Source: Tubiluchus corallicola
Taxonomy: Eukaryota; Animalia; Priapulida
NCBI GenBank assembly: GCA_030141605.1
Contig: JAQGDQ010002369.1
Location: 372,001 to 436,000, forward strand
Direction of reading: 5' to 3'
DNA: 64,000 nt
The stretch's first letter is position 1; every line of letters begins with the position of its first letter. The notes under the pieces were generated by a model, which searched no databases, was not told the DNA's origin, and was given only the letters and a program-made list of their open reading frames with translations. A program made the position numbers and the translations under genes. Positions 38,903 to 50,062 of this stretch are shown here, piece after piece.

Positions 38903-39801
38903 CTTTTCTTGTTTTTTGAGATATTCTGCAGTTTTTCGAGTTCTTTGGATGTAAGGCTCTCTTCTCCGTGCTTTGATATTTTTGCCAACATCTCGTCTAC
39001 AAACTTCTCATCCTTATCTTTAACAGGTTCGCCTGTTTTAAAATCGTATATTTTTGTTTTAGGAGCCTTTGTCTTTGGTCTTTTCAGGCGGGTGCGTAGG
39101 CTCTCAATGGAGTTGAGAATTTTCACCTCAAAGGTATTGAGGAATGGGAAGGGGCTATGAAATCTCCAGGCGATCAGAGTAAAGAAATAACTGAAAATCA
39201 TTGTAGAGAGATAACTGAAAAAAGTAACAAAGTTTCCTTGAGAGAGATCAATGATTAGGTTAGCTCCAAAGAGTCCTAGAATCAACCACATAGCCTTTAC
39301 GGGGATGGTAAAGAAAAGAAGAAGAGTGGCTCTTGGATTCAGGATCATCCATGCAAAAAGAATGGCGTAGATCGAGGTGGTGTTTCCAGCAAAGATCCGT
39401 CCGTAATTGAAGAGGGCCATGAAAATGATAGCGACAATCCCTGAGAGGATCCCGCTGATAAAATAGAGGAGACAGAATCGGAGGGTAGAGGATCGTTGGA
39501 TCAGGGCAGTACCAATGATCCAAAGAAGGTAAAGATTGAATACAAGGTGGATCAGGTAGCCGAACGAGATGCCGTTGCCAGAGGGAAATACAAATAGGTA
39601 GGTGAGAAACTGCCAAAGGAACCCATGTTCAATGCCCCAAAGAGAAAGACCAAGTATATGTTGTGTTGTAAAATGGCCCATGGGAATGAATCCCGATACT
39701 AGGGCGGAAAAGATTCCGATCCCGCCGGTCAGCAGTAAAAGAATTTTAATCGCTTGCGGGGTTTTCTCAGGACCAAGGTGATAGGATGATGTGTATTTCA
39801 T
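38899..39801 (-). CDS. rhomboid-family intramembrane protein
   Basis: LWQFLTYLF, HLVFNLYLLW; C-terminal VDEMLAKISKHGEESLT. Confidence 0.75.
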   Translation of the reverse strand: MKYTSSYHLGPEKTPQAIKILLLLTGGIGIFSALVSGFIPMGHFTTQHILGLSLWGIEHGFLWQFLTYLFVFPSGNGISFGYLIHLVFNLYLLWIIGTALIQRSSTLRFCLLYFISGILSGIVAIIFMALFNYGRIFAGNTTSIYAILFAWMILNPRATLLLFFTIPVKAMWLILGLFGANLIIDLSQGNFVTFFSYLSTMIFSYFFTLIAWRFHSPFPFLNTFEVKILNSIESLRTRLKRPKTKAPKTKIYDFKTGEPVKDKDEKFVDEMLAKISKHGEESLTSKELEKLQNISKNKKS

Positions 39802-39942
39802 ATGCGTGTAAAAAACTTGTTTTACCATTCTATCAAACATGTTGGTTTTTTCAAAAATTAAAAGGTTGGATAGGAAAATCTTGTTGTTTTTTTTGAATTT
39901 TCAGTGTATTTTCATACACCTATTGATTTGGAGAATAGTAAA

Positions 39943-40269
39943 ATGAAAAAGGAAATTCATCCTGAATATAGAGATGTGCTTTTTGTTGATTCTTCTACAG
40001 GCACAAAATTTGTGATTGGAAGCACCCTTGCAACAGATGAAAAGGAAACTTTTGAAGGGAAGGAATATCCCCTATGCCGCGTCTCCGTTTCTTCTGCCTC
40101 GCATCCTTTCTTCACAGGTAGCTCCCAGTTCATCGATACTGAAGGACGGGTCGATAAATTTACGAAAAGATATCAGAAAAAACGCGCTGAAGAAAAACAG
40201 CTGCAGGAAAAGAAGCAGGATCAAGAAGATGCTGCTAAGAAGAAAAAGAAGAAAAAGAAGAAAAAGTAG
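39943..40269 (+). CDS. rpmE2: 50S ribosomal protein L31 type B
   Basis: [29 protein letters not shown]. Confidence 0.95.
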   Translation: MKKEIHPEYRDVLFVDSSTGTKFVIGSTLATDEKETFEGKEYPLCRVSVSSASHPFFTGSSQFIDTEGRVDKFTKRYQKKRAEEKQLQEKKQDQEDAAKKKKKKKKKK

Positions 40270-40277
40270 GCTCGACT

Positions 40278-41342
40278 TTGCAAGAGAAAGTCGCCAAACT
40301 TCTTGTCCGCTTGACCGAATTAGAAGAACTTCTCGGAAAGCCTGATATCCTATCCGACCAAACCCGGTACCGGTCTCTTACCCAAGAGCATTCCCATCTG
40401 TCTGAATTGAAAGAGGCTTGGGACCAGTATGTCAAAATTAAAAATCAGTTTGATGAGAACCAGGCTCTGTTGAGGGATGAAAAAGATCCCGAAATCATCG
40501 AGATGGTTCAAGAGGAGACCCCTGATTTAGAGAAGGAGCTCCAGCTGGTCAAAATAAGACTGGAAACTCTTCTTGTCCCTCCCGATCCCCGCGACAGTCA
40601 AAACATCATTCTCGAAATTCGTGCTGGAACTGGTGGAGAAGAGGCAGCTCTTTTTGTCGGTGACTGCGTACGGATGTACCGCAATTTCGCCTCCAAACAT
40701 GGATGGACGACAGAGACTCTATCTTCTACTCCTTCTGATGCTGGGGGATTCAAAGAGTACATCATGTCCATGGAAGGCAAAAATGTCTTTCGTTTCATGC
40801 AGTATGAAGCGGGCACTCATCGTGTTCAGAGGGTTCCTGCAACAGAAACTCAGGGAAGGGTTCATACTTCGGCCATCACTGTCGCCATTATGCTCGAGCC
40901 TACAGAAGATGAGGATGTGCAGATCGATGAAAAAGATCTGAAAATCGACACATACCGTGCATCAGGGGCTGGCGGCCAGCATGTCAACGTCACAGACTCT
41001 GCCGTAAGGATCACGCATATTCCCACAGGAACTGTCTCAGCATGCCAGGATGAGAGATCTCAGCATAAAAACAAAGACAAGGCCATGCGTCTTCTTAAAA
41101 CGAAGATCGCAGAAGAAAAACGAAAAAAGTTGGATGCTGAAAGATCGGCACTGCGTTCAAGCCAGGTAGGAACAGGAGACCGTTCTGAACGAATCAGAAC
41201 ATACAATTTCCCCCAAAATCGGGTCACTGACCATAGGATTGATCTAACTCTCTACAAGCTCGAATATATGATGGAGGGGGAGTTGGATGAGATGACCAAC
41301 GCTCTTGCTGCCCATTTTTACCAACAAAAGCTGACATCATGA
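40278..41342 (+). CDS. prfA: peptide chain release factor 1
   Basis: RVPATE (PxT), [17 protein letters not shown]. Confidence 0.97.
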   Translation: MQEKVAKLLVRLTELEELLGKPDILSDQTRYRSLTQEHSHLSELKEAWDQYVKIKNQFDENQALLRDEKDPEIIEMVQEETPDLEKELQLVKIRLETLLVPPDPRDSQNIILEIRAGTGGEEAALFVGDCVRMYRNFASKHGWTTETLSSTPSDAGGFKEYIMSMEGKNVFRFMQYEAGTHRVQRVPATETQGRVHTSAITVAIMLEPTEDEDVQIDEKDLKIDTYRASGAGGQHVNVTDSAVRITHIPTGTVSACQDERSQHKNKDKAMRLLKTKIAEEKRKKLDAERSALRSSQVGTGDRSERIRTYNFPQNRVTDHRIDLTLYKLEYMMEGELDEMTNALAAHFYQQKLTS

Positions 41343-42178
41343 AGCCTTTAAAGGACATTTTGCAATCTGCAAAATCCTATCTTGAAGACAAGCCTGCCAG
41401 GTACTCTGAAGAAATCGTAAGTTTTATCCTCCAAATTTCACGTGAGGATCTTTTTTTGGATCTAAATCAGCGGGTATCTGCCGATGAAGAGAATACGATC
41501 TGGTTTTATTTGGAGCAGTGTAAAAAGAATAAGCCTTTGGAGTATATCCTCAAGACTGTTTCTTTCCTTGGTCATGAATTTCAGGTCGACTCCCGGGTAT
41601 TGATTCCCAGACAAGAGACTGAGGTTTGGCTCGATGCTGCTTTCAAAGAGATCGCAAAAGTTGGTACGGAGGGAAAAGTTCTTTGGGACCTTTGCACAGG
41701 GTCCGGCTGTTTGGGAATCTCTGCAAAACTGAAATTTCCAGCTTTGGATATCGTCCTCTCCGATCTTTGTGAAGAGGCTTTGCAGGTTGCCTATTGCAAT
41801 GCAAAGAACTTAAATGCAGAAGTAGAAATCCGAAGAGGGAGTTTCCTTGAGCCTTTTGAAGGGGAGCGGGCCGACTTCATTTTTTGCAATCCTCCCTATG
41901 TCTCTGAAGAGGAGTATAAACATCTCGATGCGAGTGTGCGGGACTATGAGCCCAGAAAAGCGCTTGTCGCAGATGAAGAAGGACTTTATTTTTACCGCGT
42001 ACTCTCCGAAAGACTCCCTTCCCTTCTCAATCCCGGGGCCTCTGTTTTTCTTGAAATAGGATCTAGCCAAGAGGGAAGTGTACAAAAACTCTTTCAAAGA
42101 GAAGAGTTCCAATCGGCAACAATCGGCAAAGACTGGGCAGGTCATGACCGATTCGTTTTTTTCAAATCCAATCTATAG
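41339..42178 (+). CDS. prmC: release factor glutamine methyltransferase
   Basis: [20 protein letters not shown]. Confidence 0.95.
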   Translation: MKPLKDILQSAKSYLEDKPARYSEEIVSFILQISREDLFLDLNQRVSADEENTIWFYLEQCKKNKPLEYILKTVSFLGHEFQVDSRVLIPRQETEVWLDAAFKEIAKVGTEGKVLWDLCTGSGCLGISAKLKFPALDIVLSDLCEEALQVAYCNAKNLNAEVEIRRGSFLEPFEGERADFIFCNPPYVSEEEYKHLDASVRDYEPRKALVADEEGLYFYRVLSERLPSLLNPGASVFLEIGSSQEGSVQKLFQREEFQSATIGKDWAGHDRFVFFKSNL

Positions 42179-42229
42179 CGAACTATAGCGATTTTCCTTG
42201 AAATAGAATGATTTTCTAGAGTAGTATTT

Positions 42230-42391
42230 TATACCAAATATAGCTCAAGAATTGGAATTTGGGCAATGCGAAAGCTTTCGGGATTCGGCGTCTTAAATGA
42301 TCCAATATTAGCAATATAGATTCATTTAAGATCGTCAAATCACGTTGTTTTGGCGCAGCCGAAATCCGATTTTTGAGCTACATTTGGTATA
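42230..42391. mobile_element. 162-bp palindromic MITE/RPE-like element
   Basis: Terminal inverted repeats TATACCAAATATAGCTCAAGAATTGGA / TCCGATTTTTGAGCTACATTTGGTATA; inner TCTTAAATGA/TCATTTAAGA; TA at both ends. Confidence 0.75.
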
Positions 42392-42414
42392 CTTCCATTA
42401 AAGAAAAAGTTTGT

Positions 42415-43764
42415 ATGTTTGAGGCTTTAACAGAGAAGTTTCAGAATCTTGTCTCCTCCATCGCGCGGGAAAAGAAGCTTACCGAGGAAAATATTTCCGA
42501 TGCGGTAAGGCAGGTTCGCCTTGCCCTTTTGGAAGCTGATGTGAATTACACGGTTGCTTCCCGTTTCGTTAAGCGTGTCAAAGAAAGGGCTGTTGGCGAA
42601 GCCCTCATCAAATCGGTTACTCCTTCAGAACAGTTCATCAAGATCGTTCATGACGAGCTCACTGAGCTTATGGGCGGCGAGGAAACGGAACTTTCACTTA
42701 AGGACTGTCCTTCCATCTTCATGCTCTGCGGCCTACAGGGAAGTGGTAAAACCACGCATACAGCCAAACTGGTTCGATTTATCTCGAAAAAATATCCAAA
42801 GAAAAAAGTCCTTCTTGCTGCTTGCGACCTTCAACGGCCTGCTGCTGTTGAGCAGTTGAAAAGGCTTGCGAAAGATATCGATGTCGAAGTGTTCAGCATA
42901 GAGGGAGAAAAGAACCCTCGAAAGGTAGCGAAAAAAGCCAGAGAGAAAGCATTCCGGGAAATGGTCGATGTCCTCATTGTCGATACCGCGGGAAGATTGC
43001 ATCTTGATGATGCGCTCATGGATGAATTGCAGGATTTGAAAAAGATTTTAAATCCTAATGAAATTCTCTTTGTGGCGAATGCGACGACCGGTCAGGACGC
43101 GGTGAAAGTCGCAGCTGAGTTCGATGGACGGATCTCTATTACAGGGTCCATCCTCACGATGCTGGACGGTAATGCGCGGGCTGGGGCTGCCATTTCCATC
43201 CGTGAAATTACGCAGAAGCCTTTGAAATTCGAAGGAGTGGGAGAAAAGGCCGATGATATACAAATCTTTAATCCCAAATCGATGGCCGATCGAATCCTTG
43301 GAATGGGAGATGTCATCAATCTCGTTCGAAAAGCAGAAGAAAATCTTGATGAAGAGGAATCGAAAAAACTCGAAAAGAAACTAAAAAAAGCGACATTCAA
43401 CTATGATGACTACCTTAAGCAAATGGGAATGGTCAAAAAAATGGGATCATTCAAGAGTCTTTTGAAGATGGTTCCAGGGATCTCAATGGCCAAAGATATA
43501 GATCTTCCTGAAGAGGAATTCAAAAAAACCGAAGCCATTATTCTTTCAATGACTCCGAATGAACGGATTGAAAAGGATGAGCTCTCATATAGCCGCAGAA
43601 AGCGGATAGCTACAGGAAGTGCTACTGCGATCGACGATGTGAATCGGATGGTCAAAGGTTTTAAAAGAATGAAGAAATTTTTCAAGCAGATGCCTCGAAA
43701 GTCAGGCGGCTTGCCACAACTTAAACAAATGAAACAGAATATGGAGAAAATGCCATGGCGTTAG
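42415..43764 (+). CDS. ffh: signal recognition particle protein
   Basis: GLQGSGKTT, DTAGR, RILGMGD. Confidence 0.97.
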   Translation: MFEALTEKFQNLVSSIAREKKLTEENISDAVRQVRLALLEADVNYTVASRFVKRVKERAVGEALIKSVTPSEQFIKIVHDELTELMGGEETELSLKDCPSIFMLCGLQGSGKTTHTAKLVRFISKKYPKKKVLLAACDLQRPAAVEQLKRLAKDIDVEVFSIEGEKNPRKVAKKAREKAFREMVDVLIVDTAGRLHLDDALMDELQDLKKILNPNEILFVANATTGQDAVKVAAEFDGRISITGSILTMLDGNARAGAAISIREITQKPLKFEGVGEKADDIQIFNPKSMADRILGMGDVINLVRKAEENLDEEESKKLEKKLKKATFNYDDYLKQMGMVKKMGSFKSLLKMVPGISMAKDIDLPEEEFKKTEAIILSMTPNERIEKDELSYSRRKRIATGSATAIDDVNRMVKGFKRMKKFFKQMPRKSGGLPQLKQMKQNMEKMPWR

Positions 43765-44015
43765 TCATTCGGTTGAGACAACAAGGTAGTAAGAACCGCC
43801 AGACGTTTCGCTTAGTCGTTACTGATCGAAGAGCTCCTCGCGGAGGAAAATATGTAGAGATGCTGGGTTGGTATCAGCCTCTTCTGCCAAATGAAAAGAA
43901 CGGCTTTGTAAAAAGCGATCGAGTTCAACATTGGCTGAAAAACGGAGCTGAGATTACGGACAAAGCAAAAAGCTTGGTCAAACGTTTTGCTCCTGAGGTT
44001 TTAAAAACATCGTAA
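43755..44015 (+). CDS. rpsP: 30S ribosomal protein S16
   Basis: MALVIRLRQQG, RAPRGGKYVEMLGWY. Confidence 0.95.
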   Translation: MALVIRLRQQGSKNRQTFRLVVTDRRAPRGGKYVEMLGWYQPLLPNEKNGFVKSDRVQHWLKNGAEITDKAKSLVKRFAPEVLKTS

Positions 44016-44019
44016 TTGC

Positions 44020-44757
44020 ATGTTGGTCATCGATATTCTTTCCCTTTTCCCCGATTATTTTAGGGGACCTTTCGATGTGAGCATTCTGAAGAGAGCTCGC
44101 GAGATGAACCTTCTCGAAATTCGCCATACCGATATTCGTGATTTCTCGAAAGACAAGCATAAGAAAGTCGATGATAGGCCCTACGGAGGAGGCCCGGGAA
44201 TGATCCTGGCCCCTCAACCGACGATTGATGCGATCCGTGAAGTGAAAAAAGACAATTCGCATGTGGTCTATCTTTCACCACAGGGAACTCCCTTTTCGTC
44301 CCAGCGAGCTGAGGAGTTATCGAAAAAAGAACATCTCGTATTGCTTTGCGGCCACTATGAAGGAATTGACGAACGGATCATTGAAAAGGAAGTGGATGAA
44401 GAGATCAGCATAGGCGATTATGTTCTGACCAACGGATGTATCGCTGCGATTGCTTTGGTCGATGCAGTTTCCCGGTATATTCCCAATGTCCTTGGGCATC
44501 CGGATGCGGCTCGAGAAGATTCCTTTGAAGAGGGGATTTTCGATGCGCCCCATTACACGAGGCCAGAAATTTTTGAAGAACTTTCGGTCCCCGAAATATT
44601 ACTTGGGGGCCATCACGCCGAAATACAGAAATGGCGTTATGAACAAGGATTAAAAAAGACTCGCCAGGTACGTTCAGACCTCTATTTCCAGCATATTGCT
44701 GAAAAAATGAGATCTTCTGGCAAAAAAGAAAAGGAGAACGAAAGTGTGTCCGTCTAA
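44020..44757 (+). CDS. trmD: tRNA (guanine-N1)-methyltransferase
   Basis: [29 protein letters not shown]. Confidence 0.97.
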   Translation: MLVIDILSLFPDYFRGPFDVSILKRAREMNLLEIRHTDIRDFSKDKHKKVDDRPYGGGPGMILAPQPTIDAIREVKKDNSHVVYLSPQGTPFSSQRAEELSKKEHLVLLCGHYEGIDERIIEKEVDEEISIGDYVLTNGCIAAIALVDAVSRYIPNVLGHPDAAREDSFEEGIFDAPHYTRPEIFEELSVPEILLGGHHAEIQKWRYEQGLKKTRQVRSDLYFQHIAEKMRSSGKKEKENESVSV

Positions 44758-45313
44758 TGTCATAGAAGAAATTACGCAATCACATCTAAAAAAAGAGATC
44801 CCGTCTTTTAAAGTTGGCGATACTGTTCGCGTTCATACCCGAATCATCGAGGGGAACAAAGAGCGGATCCAGGTCTTTATGGGAACAGTTATTGCGAGAA
44901 AAGGAACTGGTGTTTCTGAAACATTCTCTGTCTATCGGAATGCATATGGTTCCAGCATGGAGCGTGTTTTCGTTTTACACAGTCCTCGCATCTCCAAAGT
45001 TGAAGTAGTTCAGGCAGGAAGAGTAAGAAGAGCAAAACTCTACTATCTTCGTGGCGCTTCCGGTAAAGCTGCAAAAGTTCAGCAGGAACTTCGCATGAAG
45101 GAAATCCAGAAAGAAGCACCTGTCGCTGCACCAGCTGAAGAAAAAGCTGCAAAGCCTGCAGAAACAGAAGAAGAGAAAAAAGAGAAGCTTCTGAAAACAG
45201 CTGGAAAAGCATTGGGCACTGAGAAAAAAGATACCGGTCCAATGAAAGTGACACCGAAAAAGAAAGACACTGAAAAGAAAAAAGAAGAGAAAGACCAGGA
45301 AAAGGAAAAATAA
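44744..45313 (+). CDS. rplS: 50S ribosomal protein L19 with Lys/Glu-rich C-terminal extension
   Basis: [26 protein letters not shown]. Confidence 0.95.
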   Translation: MCPSNVIEEITQSHLKKEIPSFKVGDTVRVHTRIIEGNKERIQVFMGTVIARKGTGVSETFSVYRNAYGSSMERVFVLHSPRISKVEVVQAGRVRRAKLYYLRGASGKAAKVQQELRMKEIQKEAPVAAPAEEKAAKPAETEEEKKEKLLKTAGKALGTEKKDTGPMKVTPKKKDTEKKKEEKDQEKEK

Positions 45314-45417
45314 CCTTTTCGGTCTCTCTATGTTTTTCTGTAAAAAAAGTGTGTCCATTTTTTTCAAAAAGCTATATAGAAATTTAACTTTAAGTATCTA
45401 TATAGCTAGGACACAGA

Positions 45418-46098
45418 TTGGATCAGAGTGCCGCGCTTTCTAAGCAGGAACGGAAACGATTAGAAGAAATGACTCTTTATGAAAGCAGAGTTCGGGAAAA
45501 AGGTTTTCGATTTATAGCCGGTGTCGATGAAGCAGGAAGAGGTCCTCTCGCAGGACCTGTTGTAGCATCGGCCTGTATCCTTCCTGAAGGATATCTTCTT
45601 GAAAATCTCAATGACAGCAAACTACTCACACCTGCATTAAGAGAAACACTTTACCATCAGCTCATCGAACATCCCCAAGTCCAGTATGGAATCGGGATTG
45701 TCGATCCGAAAACAATCGATGAGATCAATATACTTCAAGCATCTTTTCAGGCGATGATAATCGCTGTAGAAAACCTTCCTCAAAAACCTGATTATCTTTT
45801 GATTGATGGAAAGCAGATCCCTAACCAGACCATTCCTGCTGAAGGAATCATCAAGGGGGACAGTCTTTCTTTATCTATTGCGGCCGCATCTATCTTGGCC
45901 AAATATACACGCGATCAAATCATGGATGAAAATCATAAACGGTGGTCCAATTACGGGTTTGCCAGTCATAAAGGGTATGCTACGAAAGCACACATTGATG
46001 CGATCAAAGCACATGGACCTTGTCCTGTTCATCGTCTCTCTTTCGAGCCGGTGAAAACCTTTGTTCTGAAGCACAAACCCCTTCCCGTTACAAACTAA
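45418..46098 (+). CDS. rnhB: ribonuclease HII
   Basis: AGVDEAGRGPLAGPV, DSKLL, IAAASILAK. Confidence 0.96.
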   Translation: MDQSAALSKQERKRLEEMTLYESRVREKGFRFIAGVDEAGRGPLAGPVVASACILPEGYLLENLNDSKLLTPALRETLYHQLIEHPQVQYGIGIVDPKTIDEINILQASFQAMIIAVENLPQKPDYLLIDGKQIPNQTIPAEGIIKGDSLSLSIAAASILAKYTRDQIMDENHKRWSNYGFASHKGYATKAHIDAIKAHGPCPVHRLSFEPVKTFVLKHKPLPVTN

Positions 46099-46165
46099 GT
46101 TCTTTCAAATTTGCAAAAGAAAAACTTTATTCATAAGATGAAGTTCGACAAGGAAATTTCATCGA

Positions 46166-47446
46166 ATGAATACTCCTCCAAATGTACAGAAACGTGTCCT
46201 CTGGGCAGCATCTGTTGGAAGTTTTTTAGATCTTTTTGACTTCAGTATCTTCGGATATTTCTCTCCTGCGTTAGCAGCTGTTTTTTTCCCTGAAATGGAC
46301 CATAGGCAAGCCGTTATGTGGATCTTTGCTATTTATACCATAGGATTCCTGGTACGTCCTTTCGGGGCTCTGATGTTTGGATACTATGGGGATACAAAGG
46401 GGCGGAGAGATATGCTGGTGCTGTCACTGATCATGATGGCTATCACAACCTTTCTGATCGGAGCATTGCCTTCCGGTTTTACGATTGGTGTGACTGCTTC
46501 TCTCCTTTTATTGTTTTTTCGACTCCTTCAAGGGTTTGCCTGCGGAGGAGAGTTTTCAGGCGCTGCTATTTTTGCCGTGGAATACTCTCCTCCCAGGAAA
46601 AGGGGGTTCTATTCAAGCTGGGTCTATTTTTCTGTCACTTTAGGTCTATTGGTAGGATCGGGCTTGGCCAGTCTTTTATCCCTCTCGCTTCCAGACGCGG
46701 CGCTCCTTTCGATTGGATGGAGGATCCCATTCCTTTTCGGGGTCCTACTTGCTTTTGTAGGTATTTTTCTAAGGAAGTCCTTAAGTGACACTCCTGTCTT
46801 TCTTCAGTTGAAAGAACCGAAAAAAACCATCGAGGCTCCGATTTCGCATTTGTTTACTCACCACAAGAGTGAGATGCTCATCGGTCTAGGCCTATTGGCA
46901 GCTCCTGCTGCTCTTGTAGGATTGAATTTCATGTATCTTTCGACTTTCCTTATTATTTTTGTCCGCATCCCTATTCAGCAGGCGCTTTTTTTCAATGCTC
47001 TGACTCTCGTTATTCTTCTGGTTTGCATTCCATTCATTGGTTATCTCTCAGATCTGATTGGGAGGAAATTCATCTATTTTGCAGGGACCTTAGCTACTTT
47101 GATCATTGCATTTCCCCTCTTCCATTTCATGGAAGCCGTGTCATTTTTCTATTTGATTATTGCACAGGTCTTTTTTGGAATCTTTTCTGCTTGTGTTCTG
47201 GGAGTCTTCCCCGTCATTTTATGCGAACTATTTCCGGCAACGGTTCGGTACAGTGGAGTTGCTCTTACTTTGAATGTAGGTTTTGCCATTTTTTGTGGCA
47301 CTGTTCCCTTTATTGTAAATTACCTGGTCGAAACCACCTATGAAGTGACAGCCCCAGGAGGGTATCTTTTTATTTGTGCCTTGATTTCCTTGATCACTTT
47401 AGTGAAATACAAAGAGACCGCTGATAAAAAACTGAAAGTGGAATAA
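46166..47446 (+). CDS. MHS (ProP/KgtP-like) MFS transporter 1
   Basis: FDFSIFG, RPFGALMFGYYGDTKGRR, RLLQGFACGGE, WRIPF, ELFPATVRYSG. Confidence 0.88.
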   Translation: MNTPPNVQKRVLWAASVGSFLDLFDFSIFGYFSPALAAVFFPEMDHRQAVMWIFAIYTIGFLVRPFGALMFGYYGDTKGRRDMLVLSLIMMAITTFLIGALPSGFTIGVTASLLLLFFRLLQGFACGGEFSGAAIFAVEYSPPRKRGFYSSWVYFSVTLGLLVGSGLASLLSLSLPDAALLSIGWRIPFLFGVLLAFVGIFLRKSLSDTPVFLQLKEPKKTIEAPISHLFTHHKSEMLIGLGLLAAPAALVGLNFMYLSTFLIIFVRIPIQQALFFNALTLVILLVCIPFIGYLSDLIGRKFIYFAGTLATLIIAFPLFHFMEAVSFFYLIIAQVFFGIFSACVLGVFPVILCELFPATVRYSGVALTLNVGFAIFCGTVPFIVNYLVETTYEVTAPGGYLFICALISLITLVKYKETADKKLKVE

Positions 47447-47447
47447 T

Positions 47448-48728
47448 ATGAAAGTGCGGGAACTGTTCAGTAAGAGAAAAGTCGTCATAGGAATTAGCAT
47501 CGGAAGTCTGTTGGAATCCTATGACTTTGCTCTTTTTGCCTACTTTGTCCCGATCCTCACTCCTTTATTTTTCCCAAAGGATAATCCGTTCCTAGCCGTT
47601 TTTTATTTTATGGGAATTTATTCTTCGAGCTATCTCATGAGGCCTTTAAGCGGCTTTTTCTTTGGCTATTTCGGAGATACTGTAGGCCGCAATCGGATGT
47701 TGATCCTATCTATATTGCTCATGGCGTTTCCTACTCTCTTTATCGGGATCTTGCCCACACGAGATCAAGTCGGGGCCTGGGCTCCCACACTGCTGTTGTT
47801 CACAAGGCTTCTTCAGGGATTTGCTTTAGGGGGAGAATTGTCGGGAGCAACGGTTTATTTAGCTGAAGAAGCTCCCAAAGAACATAGAGGGTTCTATTGC
47901 AGTTGGCCTTTTTTTGCTGCAACTCTCGGCCTGATCTTTGGAACGGGATCTATTGCTTTATTGGATGGGTATTTGACGAAAGACCAACTCTTTATGTGGG
48001 GATGGAGAATCCCTTTTCTTTCGGGAATCTTTCTTGCTGTAGTGGGCTTTTATCTAAGGAAAAATATTCCTGAAACACAACTGTTTGAAAAATTAAAGAG
48101 AGAAAATCTTGTTTTAGACAATCCCTTGAAAACAACTTTTACCCAATACTGGCGAACCCTTCTATTTGCCTTCGGACTTGTTGCAGGAACAGCAGCACTC
48201 GTCGGTATGAATTTTCTATATTTATCTACTTTTTTAGTGACTTTTGTGGGTCTTCCTCTGAAGAAGTCTCTATTTCTGAATACGTTCATCAGTACGATTT
48301 TAGCGATCTTTATTCCAGTTATGGCTCATCTTTCAGACAGAATAGGAAGAAAATATGTCCTGATATGGGGATACATCGCTCTTTTGATCATCACTGTGCC
48401 TTTCTATCACCTAATTCGATTTGGACACCCGATCATTTTGCTGTTCGTTCTCTTTTTCTTTGGCCTCTTTTCGGCTTGCATTTTAGGTCTCACAGGAGTT
48501 GTTTTAGCTGAACTTTATCCTACACATATTCGGTATAGCGGTTTTTCCGTCTCATACAATATTGGTTTTGGAATATTCGCAGGACTTGTACCTTTTGTTG
48601 TTCTTTTTCTTATTCGTCTTACTGGACACATTTATGCTCCAAGCTGGTTTATCATTGCTTGTTTGATTCTTTCTTTGCTTTGTGTATTAAAGTTAAAAGA
48701 GATGGCAAACAGCTCGCTTCCTGAATAA
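47448..48728 (+). CDS. MHS MFS transporter 2
   Basis: ESYDFALF, RLLQGFALGGE, GWRIPF. Confidence 0.88.
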   Translation: MKVRELFSKRKVVIGISIGSLLESYDFALFAYFVPILTPLFFPKDNPFLAVFYFMGIYSSSYLMRPLSGFFFGYFGDTVGRNRMLILSILLMAFPTLFIGILPTRDQVGAWAPTLLLFTRLLQGFALGGELSGATVYLAEEAPKEHRGFYCSWPFFAATLGLIFGTGSIALLDGYLTKDQLFMWGWRIPFLSGIFLAVVGFYLRKNIPETQLFEKLKRENLVLDNPLKTTFTQYWRTLLFAFGLVAGTAALVGMNFLYLSTFLVTFVGLPLKKSLFLNTFISTILAIFIPVMAHLSDRIGRKYVLIWGYIALLIITVPFYHLIRFGHPIILLFVLFFFGLFSACILGLTGVVLAELYPTHIRYSGFSVSYNIGFGIFAGLVPFVVLFLIRLTGHIYAPSWFIIACLILSLLCVLKLKEMANSSLPE

Positions 48729-48738
48729 TGGATTGAAT

Positions 48739-50034
48739 ATGGAAACACATTTAAGTGATACCACCCGAAAAAAAATCATGATTGCTGTCGCTCTGGGCAG
48801 TCTTCTCGAGCTTTATGATTTCACAATCTTTACGTATTTCATGAGTTTTCTCATGCCCGTCTTTTTTCCTGATGCATCGAAAGAGACTGCTTTTGTTTAC
48901 ATGATGTTGATCTATTCGGCAAATTTTTTCGTCCGCCCCCTCAGCAGTTTTTTCTGGGGCTATTGGGGAGATAAGAAGGGAAGAATCCCAATGCTGATCA
49001 TCTCCATCACGATCATGGCAATCACCACATTCCTTTTGGGGATTCTTCCATCGACAAAGTTGATCGGAATGACTGCTCCTATACTTCTCGTGATCATACG
49101 CATGATACAAGGTATCTCTTTTGGAGGAGAATTTCCTGGAGCCATGTGTTTTGCTTTGGAATATGCTCCTCAAGATAAGCGAGGTCTCTATGTCAGCTGG
49201 ATTTATGCAATGGGTACGATTGGGCTGCTTTTAGGAACGATCTTATTGGGATTCCTCTTGATCAACTACAGCATGGAAGATGTCCAGGCCTGGGGTTGGA
49301 GAGTTCCTTTTATCTTGGGAATTATCCTTACTGGGGTTGCGCTTTATCTGAGAAAGCAAATTCCTCATTCTTTGATGTTCCTAAGGGCAAAGCATGAGAA
49401 TATGCTCGTGCAAAATCCTGTCCGCCATATTTTCAAGAATAATTTCAAACAAATTGTTCATGGATTTTTCCTAACGTGCAGGCCGGCAGCCATGATCGGC
49501 GTTGATTTTATGTATATATCTCTCTTTGTGATTAAATTCCTCCACTATCCTATCGAATATTCTTTCTATCTGAACTTTTTCATCTGTCTTCTCTTTGCGG
49601 TTTTTATCCCTGTCATGGGGTATATTTCTGACAGGATGGGAAGAAAATATATTTTGTGGAGGGGACTGATTGCACAAATTATTCTCTCTTATCCCTTGTA
49701 TCACTCCATTGAACAGGGGCATGTGGTCTATACGGGAATTGTCCTTTTCTTCTTTGGAATCTTTGGTGCATGCATCTTGGGAGGCGCAGGAGTGGCTCTC
49801 ACAGAAATGTTTCCCACGAATGTCCGTTATACCGGGGTTTCTATCTGTTTCAATTTTGCCTATGGAATTTTTACAGGAATGGTCCCGATGAGCACTATTC
49901 TTTGGACAAACCATTTTGGCTATCTCCCTCTCTTGGGGATATACCTGATCATTTGCATGTTCATTTCCATTGTAGCCCTGTGGAGACTGAAGGAAACTTA
50001 TCAAAAGCCTTTGGAACTTGGGAGTACTGAATGA
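48739..50034 (+). CDS. MHS MFS transporter 3
   Basis: ELYDFTIF, RMIQGISFGGE, EMFPTNVRYTG. Confidence 0.88.
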   Translation: METHLSDTTRKKIMIAVALGSLLELYDFTIFTYFMSFLMPVFFPDASKETAFVYMMLIYSANFFVRPLSSFFWGYWGDKKGRIPMLIISITIMAITTFLLGILPSTKLIGMTAPILLVIIRMIQGISFGGEFPGAMCFALEYAPQDKRGLYVSWIYAMGTIGLLLGTILLGFLLINYSMEDVQAWGWRVPFILGIILTGVALYLRKQIPHSLMFLRAKHENMLVQNPVRHIFKNNFKQIVHGFFLTCRPAAMIGVDFMYISLFVIKFLHYPIEYSFYLNFFICLLFAVFIPVMGYISDRMGRKYILWRGLIAQIILSYPLYHSIEQGHVVYTGIVLFFFGIFGACILGGAGVALTEMFPTNVRYTGVSICFNFAYGIFTGMVPMSTILWTNHFGYLPLLGIYLIICMFISIVALWRLKETYQKPLELGSTE

Positions 50035-50062
50035 GTTTGGAACTGGACATGATGGAAGAGGA

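Noticed and set aside
42373-42414. N-terminal extension of ffh in the ORF track
   Set aside because: It derives from the palindromic element end; MFEALTEK at 42415 is the conserved start
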